Assembly: GCF_028288105.1 (NCBI RefSeq)
Contig: NZ_JAQBOI010000090.1
Span: 119-64,118, forward strand
DNA from: Mucilaginibacter sp.
Lineage (GTDB): Bacteria > Bacteroidota > Bacteroidia > Sphingobacteriales > Sphingobacteriaceae
Direction of reading: 5' to 3'
DNA length: 64,000 nucleotides
This document shows positions 1 through 9,714 of the stretch, piece after piece. Made by a program: the position numbers and the translations under genes. The notes beneath the pieces are model-generated. The model did not search any database and was not told the origin of the DNA. It worked only from the letters and a program-made list of their open reading frames with translations. The stretch's first letter is position 1; the number at the start of each line of letters is the position of its first letter.

Positions 1-413
1 ACCTGCGCCTTCGCGAAAGTGTGACCATTCTGCGCGATCAGCCGGTGCTAACCTATCAGCGGGATGATATAAAATATGATAAGAACCGTCTTACGGCAGC
101 GTACATTCGTGTGCCGGTGGCTTTTGATTTTCGCACACATAACGATGAGGATGGCAGAAGGTTCCATTTTGTGGCCGGGGCGGAGATGGGTGTGCTGATA
201 GGCAGCAACACTAAACAGGAAAGCAAAGAAAATGGTGATATAAAACTGGGCGGCAATTACCACTTCACTAAGTTTAGATACGGTGCATCTGCCCGTATTG
301 GTTACGGATCGATAGGAGTGTTTGCCAAATATTACTTTAATGACATGTTTGACGATAGCCCGGCGCAAAATGGACTTAGAAACTTCTCCTTTGGGATGAG
401 TATTGGGTGGTAA
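1..413 (+). CDS. Outer membrane beta-barrel / porin-family protein, 5'-partial
   Basis: Frame is open back to the window edge; alternating beta-strand pattern and C-terminal aromatic residue (FSFGMSIGW). Confidence 0.7.
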   Translation, partial: LRLRESVTILRDQPVLTYQRDDIKYDKNRLTAAYIRVPVAFDFRTHNDEDGRRFHFVAGAEMGVLIGSNTKQESKENGDIKLGGNYHFTKFRYGASARIGYGSIGVFAKYYFNDMFDDSPAQNGLRNFSFGMSIGW

Positions 414-423
414 TACAATTTTG

Positions 424-431
424 TATCTTTG
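424..431 (+). promoter_or_regulatory. Bacteroidota -7 promoter element (TATCTTTG)
   Basis: Matches TAnnTTTG just upstream of the ATG at 438. Confidence 0.55.
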
Positions 432-437
432 CCCGCA

Positions 438-1436
438 ATGGCAGATGTATCTTTTTTACAGGCAAAATTAGTAAACAGAACCTATAGTGGGGCAGAGGCA
501 TCGGGAGTTAAAAATATAAGCCTTGATATTGAACCTGGAAAAATAACCGCTATAATTGGCGAAAGCGGCAGCGGTAAAAGCACCTTATTGCGCCTGTTAT
601 ATGGTTTGCTTTCGCCGGATGAAGGCACGGTAAGCTTTAAAGGCGAACGTATTTGGGGCCCCGAAGAAAAGCTGATACCGGGCCATGATGCCATGAAAAT
701 GGTAACCCAGCATACTGATGACCTAAACCTTTTTGCCCGGGTGTGGGATAATGTATCTGCCATGTTGCCCAGCACCAACGTAAAGCTTAAGGAAGAAAAA
801 ACCGAACAAGTACTTACCCAATTAAATATGATGCAGCTTGCCTACAAGCGGGTTGCAGATTTAAGCGGTGGCGAAAAACAACGTGTAGCCATAGCCCGTG
901 CCATTATTACCCGCCCCCAAGTATTATTGCTTGATGAACCCTTTAACCAGGTAGATACATCGTTCCGTGAGGGCTTGCAGCACGATATAAGGCAGATTGT
1001 AAAGGAAACCGGCCTTACAGTAGTAATGGTATCGCATGACCCGGCAGAGGTGCTCTCCATGGCTGATGAGCTGATTGTGTTGAAACATGGTGAGATCGTA
1101 GAACATGGACACCCTAAAACATTATATCACAATCCCCTTAAATTATACACGGCCGAGCTGCTTACTAATTGCAATGTGCTAACCATTAACGAGGCCAAAG
1201 CTTGTGGCATTGAAGCCAAAAAAGAATTTGTAGTGATATACCCGGAATGGATCCGCATGAATAATATTCTTAAAACCAGTAACTGGACGGTTAAACAGGT
1301 GCTGTTTAAAGGTTTTTATGAAGATCTGATACTGGAAAACAACGGCGTTATTTTACGCGCAGTGAATGACGAAAGTGGAAAATATACCGAAGGTGATATA
1401 ACAGGCCTTAAAATAAAAAAATGGCTGGAGTATTAA
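438..1436 (+). CDS. ABC transporter ATP-binding protein (Fe3+/polyamine-type)
   Basis: Walker A GESGSGKS, signature LSGGE, Walker B LLLDE, H-loop SHD; ATG at 438 preferred over TTG at 429. Confidence 0.9.
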   Translation: MADVSFLQAKLVNRTYSGAEASGVKNISLDIEPGKITAIIGESGSGKSTLLRLLYGLLSPDEGTVSFKGERIWGPEEKLIPGHDAMKMVTQHTDDLNLFARVWDNVSAMLPSTNVKLKEEKTEQVLTQLNMMQLAYKRVADLSGGEKQRVAIARAIITRPQVLLLDEPFNQVDTSFREGLQHDIRQIVKETGLTVVMVSHDPAEVLSMADELIVLKHGEIVEHGHPKTLYHNPLKLYTAELLTNCNVLTINEAKACGIEAKKEFVVIYPEWIRMNNILKTSNWTVKQVLFKGFYEDLILENNGVILRAVNDESGKYTEGDITGLKIKKWLEY

Positions 1437-1471
1437 CCTCAGCCATTTTTATTCATTAGAAGTAAATTCTA

Positions 1472-2389
1472 TTATATTATCTCGAAAGAAGACAGTTGTA
1501 CAAACTCTTGTACGCGTGCCGCGATTTCCTGCTCACTAAGATTCCTTATTTTCTCTGTACCAAATTTTTCCACACAGAACGAAGCAAGCGCAGAACCGAA
1601 AATAATAGCATTTTTCATGTTATTGAAATTAACGGTACCTACTTTAGCCATATATCCTATAAAGCCACCGGCAAATGTATCACCAGCACCGGTAGGGTCA
1701 AATACTTCGGCAAGCGGTAGTGCGGGGGCAGAGAATACACGATCTTCATGAAACAGCAATGCACCATGTTCGCCTTTTTTAATGATAAGGTATTTAGGCC
1801 CCATGGTTAATATTTTCTTTGCCGCTTTAACCAAAGAGTATTCGCCCGATAGCTGGCGGGCCTCTGCATCGTTAATTGTTAATACATCTATCAATTTAAT
1901 GGTTTCCAACAGGTCATCCATTGCAATGTCCATCCAAAAGTTCATTGTGTCCATTACAATAAGCTTAGGGCGGTTTTTAAGGCGTTTAATAACCGTTTGC
2001 TGTACTTGTGGAGTAAGATTGCCCAGCATTAGGTATTGGCAGTCCTGGTAAGCCTCAGGGATGATAGGGTCAAAATCAGCCAGTACATTTAACTCAGTTG
2101 CCAAAGTGTCGCGGCTGTTCATGTCGTTATGGTACTTCCCGCTCCAGAAGAATGATTTTTCGCCTTGTTTTATCTGCAGGCCTTCGGTATCAATATGGTG
2201 ATTGTTAAAATCTTTTATTTCTTCCGCCGGGAAGTCATCACCTACTACGGCAACAATTTTTATTTTATCAAAAAAGTACGAAGCGGCTAAACTTGCATAA
2301 GTTGCGGCCCCTCCAACAATTTTATCCGTCTTCCCAAAGGGGGTTTCAATTGCGTCAAACGCCACAGTACCAATAACTAACAAACTCAT
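1472..2389 (-). CDS. PfkB family carbohydrate/nucleoside kinase
   Basis: GGAATY N-terminal motif and DPTGAGDTFAGG PfkB signature. Confidence 0.92.
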   Translation of the reverse strand: MSLLVIGTVAFDAIETPFGKTDKIVGGAATYASLAASYFFDKIKIVAVVGDDFPAEEIKDFNNHHIDTEGLQIKQGEKSFFWSGKYHNDMNSRDTLATELNVLADFDPIIPEAYQDCQYLMLGNLTPQVQQTVIKRLKNRPKLIVMDTMNFWMDIAMDDLLETIKLIDVLTINDAEARQLSGEYSLVKAAKKILTMGPKYLIIKKGEHGALLFHEDRVFSAPALPLAEVFDPTGAGDTFAGGFIGYMAKVGTVNFNNMKNAIIFGSALASFCVEKFGTEKIRNLSEQEIAARVQEFVQLSSFEII

Positions 2390-2444
2390 GTAAAATATTT
2401 TTAATTTTTTTTGTGCAAATATTGTGAAATTACATCAGAAATCA

Positions 2445-2452
2445 TACTTTTG
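2445..2452 (+). promoter_or_regulatory. -7 promoter element of tRNA-Asn (TACTTTTG)
   Basis: TAnnTTTG 24 nt upstream of the tRNA. Confidence 0.6.
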
Positions 2453-2475
2453 CACCACTCCAAACCGGAAAACAC

Positions 2476-2549
2476 TCCTGAGTAGCTCAGCTGGTTAGAG
2501 CATCTGACTGTTAATCAGAGGGTCCCTGGTTCGAGTCCAGGCTCAGGAG
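2476..2549 (+). tRNA. tRNA-Asn (GTT)
   Basis: Acceptor stem TCCTGAG/CTCAGGA, D arm, anticodon arm TCTGA-CTGTTAA-TCAGA, T loop TTCGAGT. Confidence 0.97.
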
Positions 2550-2550
2550 C
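2506..2550 (+). repeat. attL (tRNA-Asn 3' half)
   Basis: 42/45 identical to 23592-23636. Confidence 0.9.
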
Positions 2551-2567
2551 TTGAAAATCAATGATTT

Positions 2568-2595
2568 AACCCCACTCTGGCGAGTGGGGTTTTTT
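2568..2595 (+). terminator. Rho-independent terminator after the tRNA, supplied by the element
   Basis: AACCCCACTC-TGGC-GAGTGGGGTT followed by a T run. Confidence 0.85.
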
Positions 2596-2598
2596 GTT

Positions 2599-2660
2599 TC
2601 TCACACATTTCTCACACATTTTTGAAGTTTTTTAAATCATGCGTGATTTTTTGTGCGAGA
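2599..2660 (+). repeat. Putative integrase arm-type sites, left end
   Basis: TCTCACACATT tandem at 2599-2620 and an inverted TCTCGCACAAA at 2650-2660; the same motif recurs at 23396-23481. Confidence 0.7.
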
Positions 2661-2993
2661 GCTAAAGGAGGATTGCGGGTAATAAAATAGTTAGAATTGT
2701 GGGTTTTGGACACAATGTGCTTGCCGATGGACAATAGACAACTATTAAGCCGCATGGGAACGGTCGCCGTAAACACCCGGCGCCTTCATTGAAATGCTTT
2801 TAACGGCAGAGGGTTTGGATGTGCCGCGGGCGACGAAGATGGTGGGTTGGCTATGGTTATGAGATTCGCTAAGGACGGTAATAGCGTCAAGGTCCTTTAT
2901 AGGTAGTTAGCCTGGTAATTGTCAAAGGATCGATCATGACGATCCATTTGTTTTTAAAGTTTATTAACTTTACCGGTCAACAACTGAGCCTGC

Positions 2994-5177
2994 ATGTCAC
3001 CTCACAAAATTTTTCTCTCCTATTCCTGGGCAAACAATGCTATCGCCGATGAGATAGATGGTCATTTTCAAAAATATGGTATATCGCTGATCAGGGATGT
3101 GCGCGCATTAAGGTACCGTGATGAGCTCAAGGCCTTTATGGCCAAAATCCAGGAAACGGATTTTGTGGTGATGCTGATTGGTCATGATTTTCTGCAGTCA
3201 GAGAATTGTATGTTCGAGATGCTGAAAATGATCCAGGCAAAGGATTTTGGGAAGAGGATCTTACCAATAAGCATTGGCGACGCTAAGTTTTACAATGCGG
3301 CGCAGCGCGCGGTGTATTACCGCCTATGGGATGAAAAGATCGCAGCTACTAGAAAGCTTGCCGCAGAGTTCGAAACCACTGATTTTGTTGAGTTGCTCAA
3401 ACATCAGCGGGATGTTCGCAACGAACTTCCGGATTTTTTTACGAAGATATGTGCTATTAACCTGAAAACCTTTGCCGAATTACGCGATCAGGGCTACCGA
3501 CCCATATTTCAGATATTGGGCTACAATGACCAGCAATTTATTGATCGCCTGAACCTAATCAGTGAGATCAAGGATGTTGATCTTAAGTTCACGGCATTGG
3601 AACAATTGAGTGTGGAATACGGGCCTGGTTATTTAATCGATTTTCAAAAAGCAAAACTTTATAAACAGGAGGGGAAATTTAAATTAGCCAAGTTATTTTA
3701 CGAAAAAGCCATCAACGTTCAACCCCAATACGCACATATCTATAATGACTACGGGGTTTTGCTGGAAACCCATTTCGATGATTTCGACCAAGCGCTCGCA
3801 ATGTATAAAAAGGCCTTAGCGATCGATCCGGCCTTACAGGCAGCCATATTGAACTATACCAATGTGATAGAAACACATTTCCAAAAGTACGACCAGGCTA
3901 AAAAACTTTGGGAAGAAGCGATCGAGCTTTATCCGGAAAATGTAAAATACAAGATCAATCTAGCCCATTTATTGGCTTGGCATTTCCAAGAACATGAACA
4001 GGCGCTGCACTATTATTTTCAGGTGCTACAGCAAAAACCTGCTTATTATAATGCGGTGATTGGGATCGCTGCGCTGCTCAATTCTATGAATCGCAAGCGG
4101 GAAGCGGCTTTATATTATCAGCAAGCGCTGGTTTTAAGACCGAGTGCCATGGTGTTTAGCGACTATATTTCCCTGCTGGTCTCCCTAGATGATCGCGCCA
4201 TTCTGAAAACGGTTATGGCCAGCGCCCTGCAGTTATCGCCCGCAGCGGACCTTTTCGCGCAATGCGCCCGGCTGGCCTATGAATTGTTCGCGGACCTGCC
4301 ACAAGCCAAGACATACTATTTGAAGGCAATCGCGCTGGCAAAGGACGATCCTAAGATCTTAAATCAATTCGCCGTTTTTTTGGAGTATCAGCTGCAGGAT
4401 TTTGATGAGGCCAAGCGATATTACGAAATGGCGATCAGCTGGAATGGCAAAAATGCTATTTATCATTTTAATTACGCTTACTTGGTTGACCACCGGTTCA
4501 ACGATTTCGAATTAGCAAAAAAGCATTATTTACTGGCAATCAAATATGCTCCTGAGGCTTACGATAATTATGTGAATTATGGCGACGTGTTATTTCGGGA
4601 GGGATCAGTAGTAGAGGCCATCGCCTGTTTTGAAAAGTCGGTCCAGTTGAACCCGGGCCACAAACTTGGTTATGCCAATATCAGCCGCTGTTATCTTCAG
4701 CTTGAAGAGCTGGAAAAGGCTAGTCATTACCAGGAAAAAGTATTGGAATTAGCCCCGGCCGATACGCGTGCCCGGGTAAGGTACGCGGAGCTATTAGCCA
4801 AAATGGAACGTTATGCGGAGGCAGAGGCGCAGTTCGAATTAGCTATCGCGGTGATCAAAAATGTGGATGATGCGAACGACTATGTGCAATTTTTGCTACA
4901 GCGGGGTAACTACAAAAAAGCAGAGGAGGTCATTGATCATGCGATCACTATAGCGCCTGATGATCTGCTGTTGCACGCCAATCATAGCGTGATCTTAATG
5001 GTAACAGGCCGGTCTGCAGAGGCAAGATCTCTGCTGGAGAATTTGTTGCAATATGAACCCGACTCGGGGATGATCCATCATAATCTGGCGTTGATCTATA
5101 AGGATCTACCCGATAAGGAGTTATATGAAAATCATCTCCGTTTAGCGAAACAATACGGTGTTGATCTCCAAAGTTAA
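2994..5177 (+). CDS. TIR domain + TPR repeat protein (putative anti-phage sensor-effector)
   Basis: N-terminal FLSYSW and FLQSENCMFE (TIR box with putative catalytic Glu), then many TPR-like repeats (e.g. YEKAINVQP, YKKALAIDP). Confidence 0.85.
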   Translation: MSPHKIFLSYSWANNAIADEIDGHFQKYGISLIRDVRALRYRDELKAFMAKIQETDFVVMLIGHDFLQSENCMFEMLKMIQAKDFGKRILPISIGDAKFYNAAQRAVYYRLWDEKIAATRKLAAEFETTDFVELLKHQRDVRNELPDFFTKICAINLKTFAELRDQGYRPIFQILGYNDQQFIDRLNLISEIKDVDLKFTALEQLSVEYGPGYLIDFQKAKLYKQEGKFKLAKLFYEKAINVQPQYAHIYNDYGVLLETHFDDFDQALAMYKKALAIDPALQAAILNYTNVIETHFQKYDQAKKLWEEAIELYPENVKYKINLAHLLAWHFQEHEQALHYYFQVLQQKPAYYNAVIGIAALLNSMNRKREAALYYQQALVLRPSAMVFSDYISLLVSLDDRAILKTVMASALQLSPAADLFAQCARLAYELFADLPQAKTYYLKAIALAKDDPKILNQFAVFLEYQLQDFDEAKRYYEMAISWNGKNAIYHFNYAYLVDHRFNDFELAKKHYLLAIKYAPEAYDNYVNYGDVLFREGSVVEAIACFEKSVQLNPGHKLGYANISRCYLQLEELEKASHYQEKVLELAPADTRARVRYAELLAKMERYAEAEAQFELAIAVIKNVDDANDYVQFLLQRGNYKKAEEVIDHAITIAPDDLLLHANHSVILMVTGRSAEARSLLENLLQYEPDSGMIHHNLALIYKDLPDKELYENHLRLAKQYGVDLQS

Positions 5178-5373
5178 TTCGCAGCCCGGCAAATAAGGAA
5201 GACCGTGTTTGTTAGGTACTGACTTTTATGATAGGCGGGCAAACGACTGGGCATTGGAATTGCCAGCCCTTAACCTAATATGCATGTGTATCATGAAGTT
5301 AAATACTGATAGGTAATTTTTGAACCAAACGCCGCAAATTTGTTGTTGAAATATTTATCTAACCAAATGGTAT

Positions 5374-6405
5374 ATGCAACATCTAAAAGAATTTCTAATC
5401 CGCATACAAACATTTGACCTGCGTATTATCGAAGATGATATTGCAACGGAAACGGGCACGAATGAAAAGAAGAATGTTAAAGCCTATGATTTAACCTATC
5501 AAACCCAATACTATGATTCCTTTTCCTACAGGAGTGAATTAAGGGTATTAAAGGATATGGCTTTTATTGATCTGATTGCATTAGATAAAGAACACATTAA
5601 ACTTCAGTTGGCTGAATTGTCTAAAGTTCGTAGCCGGTTTAAAGAGTTTTGGGGTAATTACAACCAGTACTATTCGGAAATGAAGCTGATTTATGATCGC
5701 TCTTTTATTTTTTCAGTCAGGTTACAGTACTTTTTTATCGTGAATAATCTGCAATCTGATAGTGCTGATATAGAAGTGATATCCAAATTTGTGGAAGATC
5801 TGGGCGACTCTGTTAAACTGCGCGAAAAGTTTTTAATGGAATTGATCTATGATTCCGAAAACTCGATCAAAGAACATATTTCATTTGAAGAATTTCAAAA
5901 AACGTTACAAGCCAAAAGGCAGATTGAAGAACCGACCGGATCGGAAAACAATGGGGAGTCGGAAATAGTGATTGAAAATGAATCTACAGCAAAGCCAATT
6001 GGTCGATACCCGACTTTCAAACCGGGTATTGCTTTGCAATTGCTCGATTTATTAAGAGAGTATTTTGTTGCAGAAGACCACCCCAAACTTGAAAAACTAT
6101 TAATAGCAGACGAAGTGCCGGCCAGTGCCTTGGTATTCCGTGGTTTTGGTAATCAGCTAGCCGATGCATTCAAGCAGCTATTTGATGCCAGGTTGATCGT
6201 AGGTTGCCAGATGGCAGACTTGGAGCGATGGATCGCTCCTAAATTTAACTATCTTTCTAATCAAGCTGAAGCAAGGGAGTTAACAGAGGGCTATCTTAAT
6301 GGTCTAATGTCTACTAAGACCCGTCCCTGCAAATCGCCTATATTAAAAATTGAACAAAAGGAGGATAAATTTTATATCCTACCAACACCTCGTAACAAAA
6401 GATAA
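5374..6405 (+). CDS. Hypothetical protein upstream of the excisionase
   Basis: 343-aa ORF; no motif recognised; position is typical of element backbone genes. Confidence 0.7.
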   Translation: MQHLKEFLIRIQTFDLRIIEDDIATETGTNEKKNVKAYDLTYQTQYYDSFSYRSELRVLKDMAFIDLIALDKEHIKLQLAELSKVRSRFKEFWGNYNQYYSEMKLIYDRSFIFSVRLQYFFIVNNLQSDSADIEVISKFVEDLGDSVKLREKFLMELIYDSENSIKEHISFEEFQKTLQAKRQIEEPTGSENNGESEIVIENESTAKPIGRYPTFKPGIALQLLDLLREYFVAEDHPKLEKLLIADEVPASALVFRGFGNQLADAFKQLFDARLIVGCQMADLERWIAPKFNYLSNQAEARELTEGYLNGLMSTKTRPCKSPILKIEQKEDKFYILPTPRNKR

Positions 6406-6502
6406 CAAAGAAATGAGTGGGTTGCAGTGAGGTTACAGTTTACCCTCTTGTAACCCAGCAAAACAAGCCACTACAATTGCAGCATTAAACAAATAATGCG
6501 CA

Positions 6503-6850
6503 ATGGAAACACTAACATTTGACCAATTACCGCAAGCGGTAAGCAAACTTCAGGATAAGCTTGAAAGCATTGAACAGCTTTTACTTCATCAGCATGAGCA
6601 GCCACCCGAACACGAAGAACTCCTGACCATTTCTAACGCTGCCAAATTTCTAAATCTCTCCGTACCTACAATTTACAGTAAAGTGTGCCGTAAAGAAATT
6701 CCCGTGAATAAGCGCGGTAAGCGGCTGTATTTCTATCGATCCGAATTGACGGAATGGGTTAAGTCTGGCCGGAAGAAAACGGCAGATGAGATCAGAGAAG
6801 AGGCGGTACAGCAATTGACTTCCTCTCGAAAAAGGCCTAAGACCTATTAA
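6503..6850 (+). CDS. Excisionase-like helix-turn-helix (HTH_17) protein
   Basis: LLTISNAAKFLNLSVPTIYSKV...IPVNKRGKRLYFYRSELTEW. Confidence 0.88.
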   Translation: METLTFDQLPQAVSKLQDKLESIEQLLLHQHEQPPEHEELLTISNAAKFLNLSVPTIYSKVCRKEIPVNKRGKRLYFYRSELTEWVKSGRKKTADEIREEAVQQLTSSRKRPKTY

Positions 6851-6899
6851 GCAATTAAGCATTTCGGGCTAAAGCGCGAAGTCTAAAATCAAACCAAAT

Positions 6900-7035
6900 G
6901 GAAAAGTCGCAAATCCCGGATACGAAGTATCCGGCTAACACGAGGGGCATTAGCCCCAAAGTGGAGCCAGCTATGTTTCGGCTCTGCCGAAACTCGCTGG
7001 CCCCCGCTCATGCTATCGCATTCGGGGGGATTTTT
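6900..7035 (+). other. Putative oriT
   Basis: Cluster of inverted repeats (CCGGATAC-GAA-GTATCCGG at 6916-6934; GTTTCGGC-TCT-GCCGAAAC) directly upstream of mobC and the relaxase. Confidence 0.6.
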
Positions 7036-7051
7036 TGAGAGAATTAAGCTT

Positions 7052-7465
7052 ATGGAAGATTTAATCAAAAAGATAAGTAGAACGGTTGGTAAGGAAAAGA
7101 AGGGCAAAATCAACAAGGGCGGACGCCCTAAGGTACCGCATAAAAAAAGTGAAGCCCTAAGTGTCATGTGCAACCTTTTGGAGAAAAAGATCATCCAGGC
7201 AAATGCAAGGAATGCAGGGAAAACAGTATCCGTATTTCTCCGTGATCTTGGTTTGCACAACCGGGCGGTGATCAGGGTGCGAACGCTACCGAGGTCAGTG
7301 TTGCAATTGACCGGGACATTGAACCACATAGCTGCCAATATTAACCAGCTTGCTAAAAAGCGTAACCAGGGAAATGATCTCAACGGGATGGAAAGAGCCT
7401 TGCTTAACCAAGAAATCAGGAGCCTACAAACGTTGGTTAAGGACATTAAAAACGCTATATCATGA
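7052..7465 (+). CDS. mobC: MobC-like relaxosome accessory protein
   Basis: KGGRPK, RHH-like segment, LNHIAANINQLAKKRN; overlaps the relaxase start. Confidence 0.85.
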   Translation: MEDLIKKISRTVGKEKKGKINKGGRPKVPHKKSEALSVMCNLLEKKIIQANARNAGKTVSVFLRDLGLHNRAVIRVRTLPRSVLQLTGTLNHIAANINQLAKKRNQGNDLNGMERALLNQEIRSLQTLVKDIKNAIS

Positions 7466-8331
7466 TTGGTAAAATAGGAACTGGTAAAAGTTTTCGGGGG
7501 TGTCTGAACTATCTTTTTGAAGGTCGTTTGCAACAAACCAAGGCGATGCAGTTACACGAGATGGAAAAGAAACAAGCAGAGGTGATTGCTTACAACCAAT
7601 GTTTTGGTGATAAGCGGCAACTGATCCGTGATTTTATTGAAGTGAGTAAGCTTAACCCAAATGTCAGCAAGCCCGTGTTCCATTTAGCTGTCAGTTTCGC
7701 GCACGGTGATGCGGGCAAATTAAATCCACAGGACAAAGTTGACATGGCTGAAAAGCTGGCTAAAGAGTTTATGTTTCATAATAACCAGTACGTAGTGATT
7801 GAGCATAGTGACCGGCAACACCAGCACCTGCATATTGTCGCCAATCGTATCGGTTATGATGGAAAAACAGCCAGTGACAGCAATAGCTATAAACGCATGG
7901 CAGAGTACTGCCGAAAGATGGAACTGGACTATAAACTAACCAAAGTATTAAGTCCCAATAAGTTTTTAAGACCCGAACAAAGAGTATCACAAGAGAAGCG
8001 GGTTGACCAGCGGAAGGAAGATTTAAAAAATCATTTATTCCAGGCTATTAAACAATGTAAAGATGTACCAGCATTAAGAAAGTACATGGAAAAGCAAGGT
8101 TATAGCGTAGAGCTTGGGCGAGGTATTGCATTTACAGATCAACAACAAGTCCGTTTCAAAGGCAGTCAGGTTGGTTATGCTTTGATGGATATTGAAAAGA
8201 AGCTTAAACAGGGACAGTTATTAAAACAACAGCAGATACAGCAGCAACGATTACAGGAACAACAGCAACAGGAAGAATTAATTAAACAACAGGAACAAAA
8301 ACTTAACTATTCGAAAGGGATTTCAATATGA
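7462..8331 (+). CDS. Relaxase / mobilization nuclease (MOB-P-like)
   Basis: N-terminal Tyr (CLNYL), HLAVSF, HUH motif HSDRQHQHLHIVANR; Gln-rich tail. Confidence 0.92.
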   Translation: MIGKIGTGKSFRGCLNYLFEGRLQQTKAMQLHEMEKKQAEVIAYNQCFGDKRQLIRDFIEVSKLNPNVSKPVFHLAVSFAHGDAGKLNPQDKVDMAEKLAKEFMFHNNQYVVIEHSDRQHQHLHIVANRIGYDGKTASDSNSYKRMAEYCRKMELDYKLTKVLSPNKFLRPEQRVSQEKRVDQRKEDLKNHLFQAIKQCKDVPALRKYMEKQGYSVELGRGIAFTDQQQVRFKGSQVGYALMDIEKKLKQGQLLKQQQIQQQRLQEQQQQEELIKQQEQKLNYSKGISI

Positions 8332-8765
8332 AGACACAGGAAGAAACACCAATGGACGAAATAACGCTAACAGAAATGCTTAAAGAGGTTTTCTTGCACA
8401 ATAAGCAGATGCAGGACTTTATGGTGATGCAAAAAGAAAAGCTTGATGAAAAAGACCGTTTTATTGAAGCCGGTAAAAAGCAAACTGAAAGATTGATTAA
8501 CAGTTTTGAAACTAAGTTTGGCAATATACAGGTACAGGCACCAAAACCAGATCTTTCAGTGGTTAACCAAACATTAGCCAGTAGTTTGTTAACCATTAAT
8601 CAAACCATTGAAAAGGGGCCTAAGCCGGTTACTAAGCAAATAAGGTTTCAAATATTCCCCGAACAAATGAGGAGCCCTGAATATTACAAAATAATGGTAT
8701 GGGGCATATTGGGGTTTGTATTTTTGATTATGGTTTATTTATTGTTGAATAAACTTATCAAGTAG
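8328..8765 (+). CDS. Mobilization-associated protein with C-terminal TM helix
   Basis: ATGA-coupled to the relaxase; hydrophobic C-terminus. Confidence 0.7.
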   Translation: MKTQEETPMDEITLTEMLKEVFLHNKQMQDFMVMQKEKLDEKDRFIEAGKKQTERLINSFETKFGNIQVQAPKPDLSVVNQTLASSLLTINQTIEKGPKPVTKQIRFQIFPEQMRSPEYYKIMVWGILGFVFLIMVYLLLNKLIK

Positions 8766-8766
8766 C

Positions 8767-8812
8767 TTAGTGAGTAAACAAGCAGCCATGAAGCTGCTTG
8801 TTTACTCACTAA
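8767..8812. terminator. Perfect 20-bp inverted repeat after the mob operon
   Basis: TTAGTGAGTAAACAAGCAGC-CATGAA-GCTGCTTGTTTACTCACTAA. Confidence 0.7.
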
Positions 8813-8870
8813 ATCTCTAATAGTTATTGTTTATTAAAAACAACTACCTATATTTACTTTTAATGTAACG

Positions 8871-8895
8871 ATAAGACCCATTTTTTAGGTCTTAT
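8871..8895 (+). promoter_or_regulatory. Putative AbiEi autorepression operator
   Basis: Inverted repeat ATAAGACC-N9-GGTCTTAT just upstream of abiEi. Confidence 0.55.
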
Positions 8896-8913
8896 AATGA
8901 CACTCGAAGTAAT

Positions 8914-9714
8914 ATGGCACATAGCGTTTACATATCATCCAACTTAACACAGCAACAACTTGAATTTATGAAATTGCTGGATGACTATGAAATAGAGCTA
9001 TTCCAATTTGAAGAAATTGAAAGCCAAATCAATAGAAAGTTTGACAACCTCAACGAAGTTCTTGAAAATTTAGTCCATAAAGAACTGCTTTCCCGGATAG
9101 AGCGGGGGAAGTTTTGCAAGGTTAATTTCCGTGATGAAAACGTAATCGGCACGTTTGTGGTAAAAAATAGCGCAGTGGCTTATTGGTCGGCTTTAAATCT
9201 ACATGGGTTAACCGAGCAATTTTCTAATACGATATTTATCCAGACCACATATAGAAAGACTGATAAAACCCTTTTAGGAACTCCATATAAATTTGTTACT
9301 ATAAATTCTGGTAAGCGTACCGGTATTATGTACAATGGCTATGGCAATACAAAATATCCTATAACGGATGTTGAAAAGACCATTATAGACTGTTTCGACC
9401 AACCACAATATTCTGGTGGTTATGCTGAACTAATAAGGGCTTTATCCCAGGCAGAGATTAATTCTGATAAGATGATCAATTATTGCAGACAAGTCGGCAA
9501 TAGTGCTGCTACAAAAAGGATGGGATTTTTGGTGGAGCTATTTGAAAAGCCATTTATGAATAAATTTATTGATTTCGCAAAAAAACAGATCACTGAGAAG
9601 TATAACCTTTTTGATCCGCAGGGAACAGAGAAAGGTGAATTTGTAGCAACTTGGAAGTTGAGGCTGAATATCAGCAAAGATGAATTGCTTAATCTAACGG
9701 ACAAACAATATTAA
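8914..9714 (+). CDS. abiEi: Type IV TA antitoxin, AbiEi family
   Basis: N-terminal wHTH, AYWSALNLHGLTEQ, ITDVEKTIIDC motifs; TAATG-coupled to the toxin. Confidence 0.85.
   Translation: MAHSVYISSNLTQQQLEFMKLLDDYEIELFQFEEIESQINRKFDNLNEVLENLVHKELLSRIERGKFCKVNFRDENVIGTFVVKNSAVAYWSALNLHGLTEQFSNTIFIQTTYRKTDKTLLGTPYKFVTINSGKRTGIMYNGYGNTKYPITDVEKTIIDCFDQPQYSGGYAELIRALSQAEINSDKMINYCRQVGNSAATKRMGFLVELFEKPFMNKFIDFAKKQITEKYNLFDPQGTEKGEFVATWKLRLNISKDELLNLTDKQY

Noticed and set aside
6889-7536. 215-aa minus-strand ORF
   Set aside because: Antisense shadow of oriT/mobC with no recognisable motifs
8200-8300. Gln-rich CAA/CAG tract in the relaxase
   Set aside because: Low-complexity relaxase tails are common; no sign of phase variation
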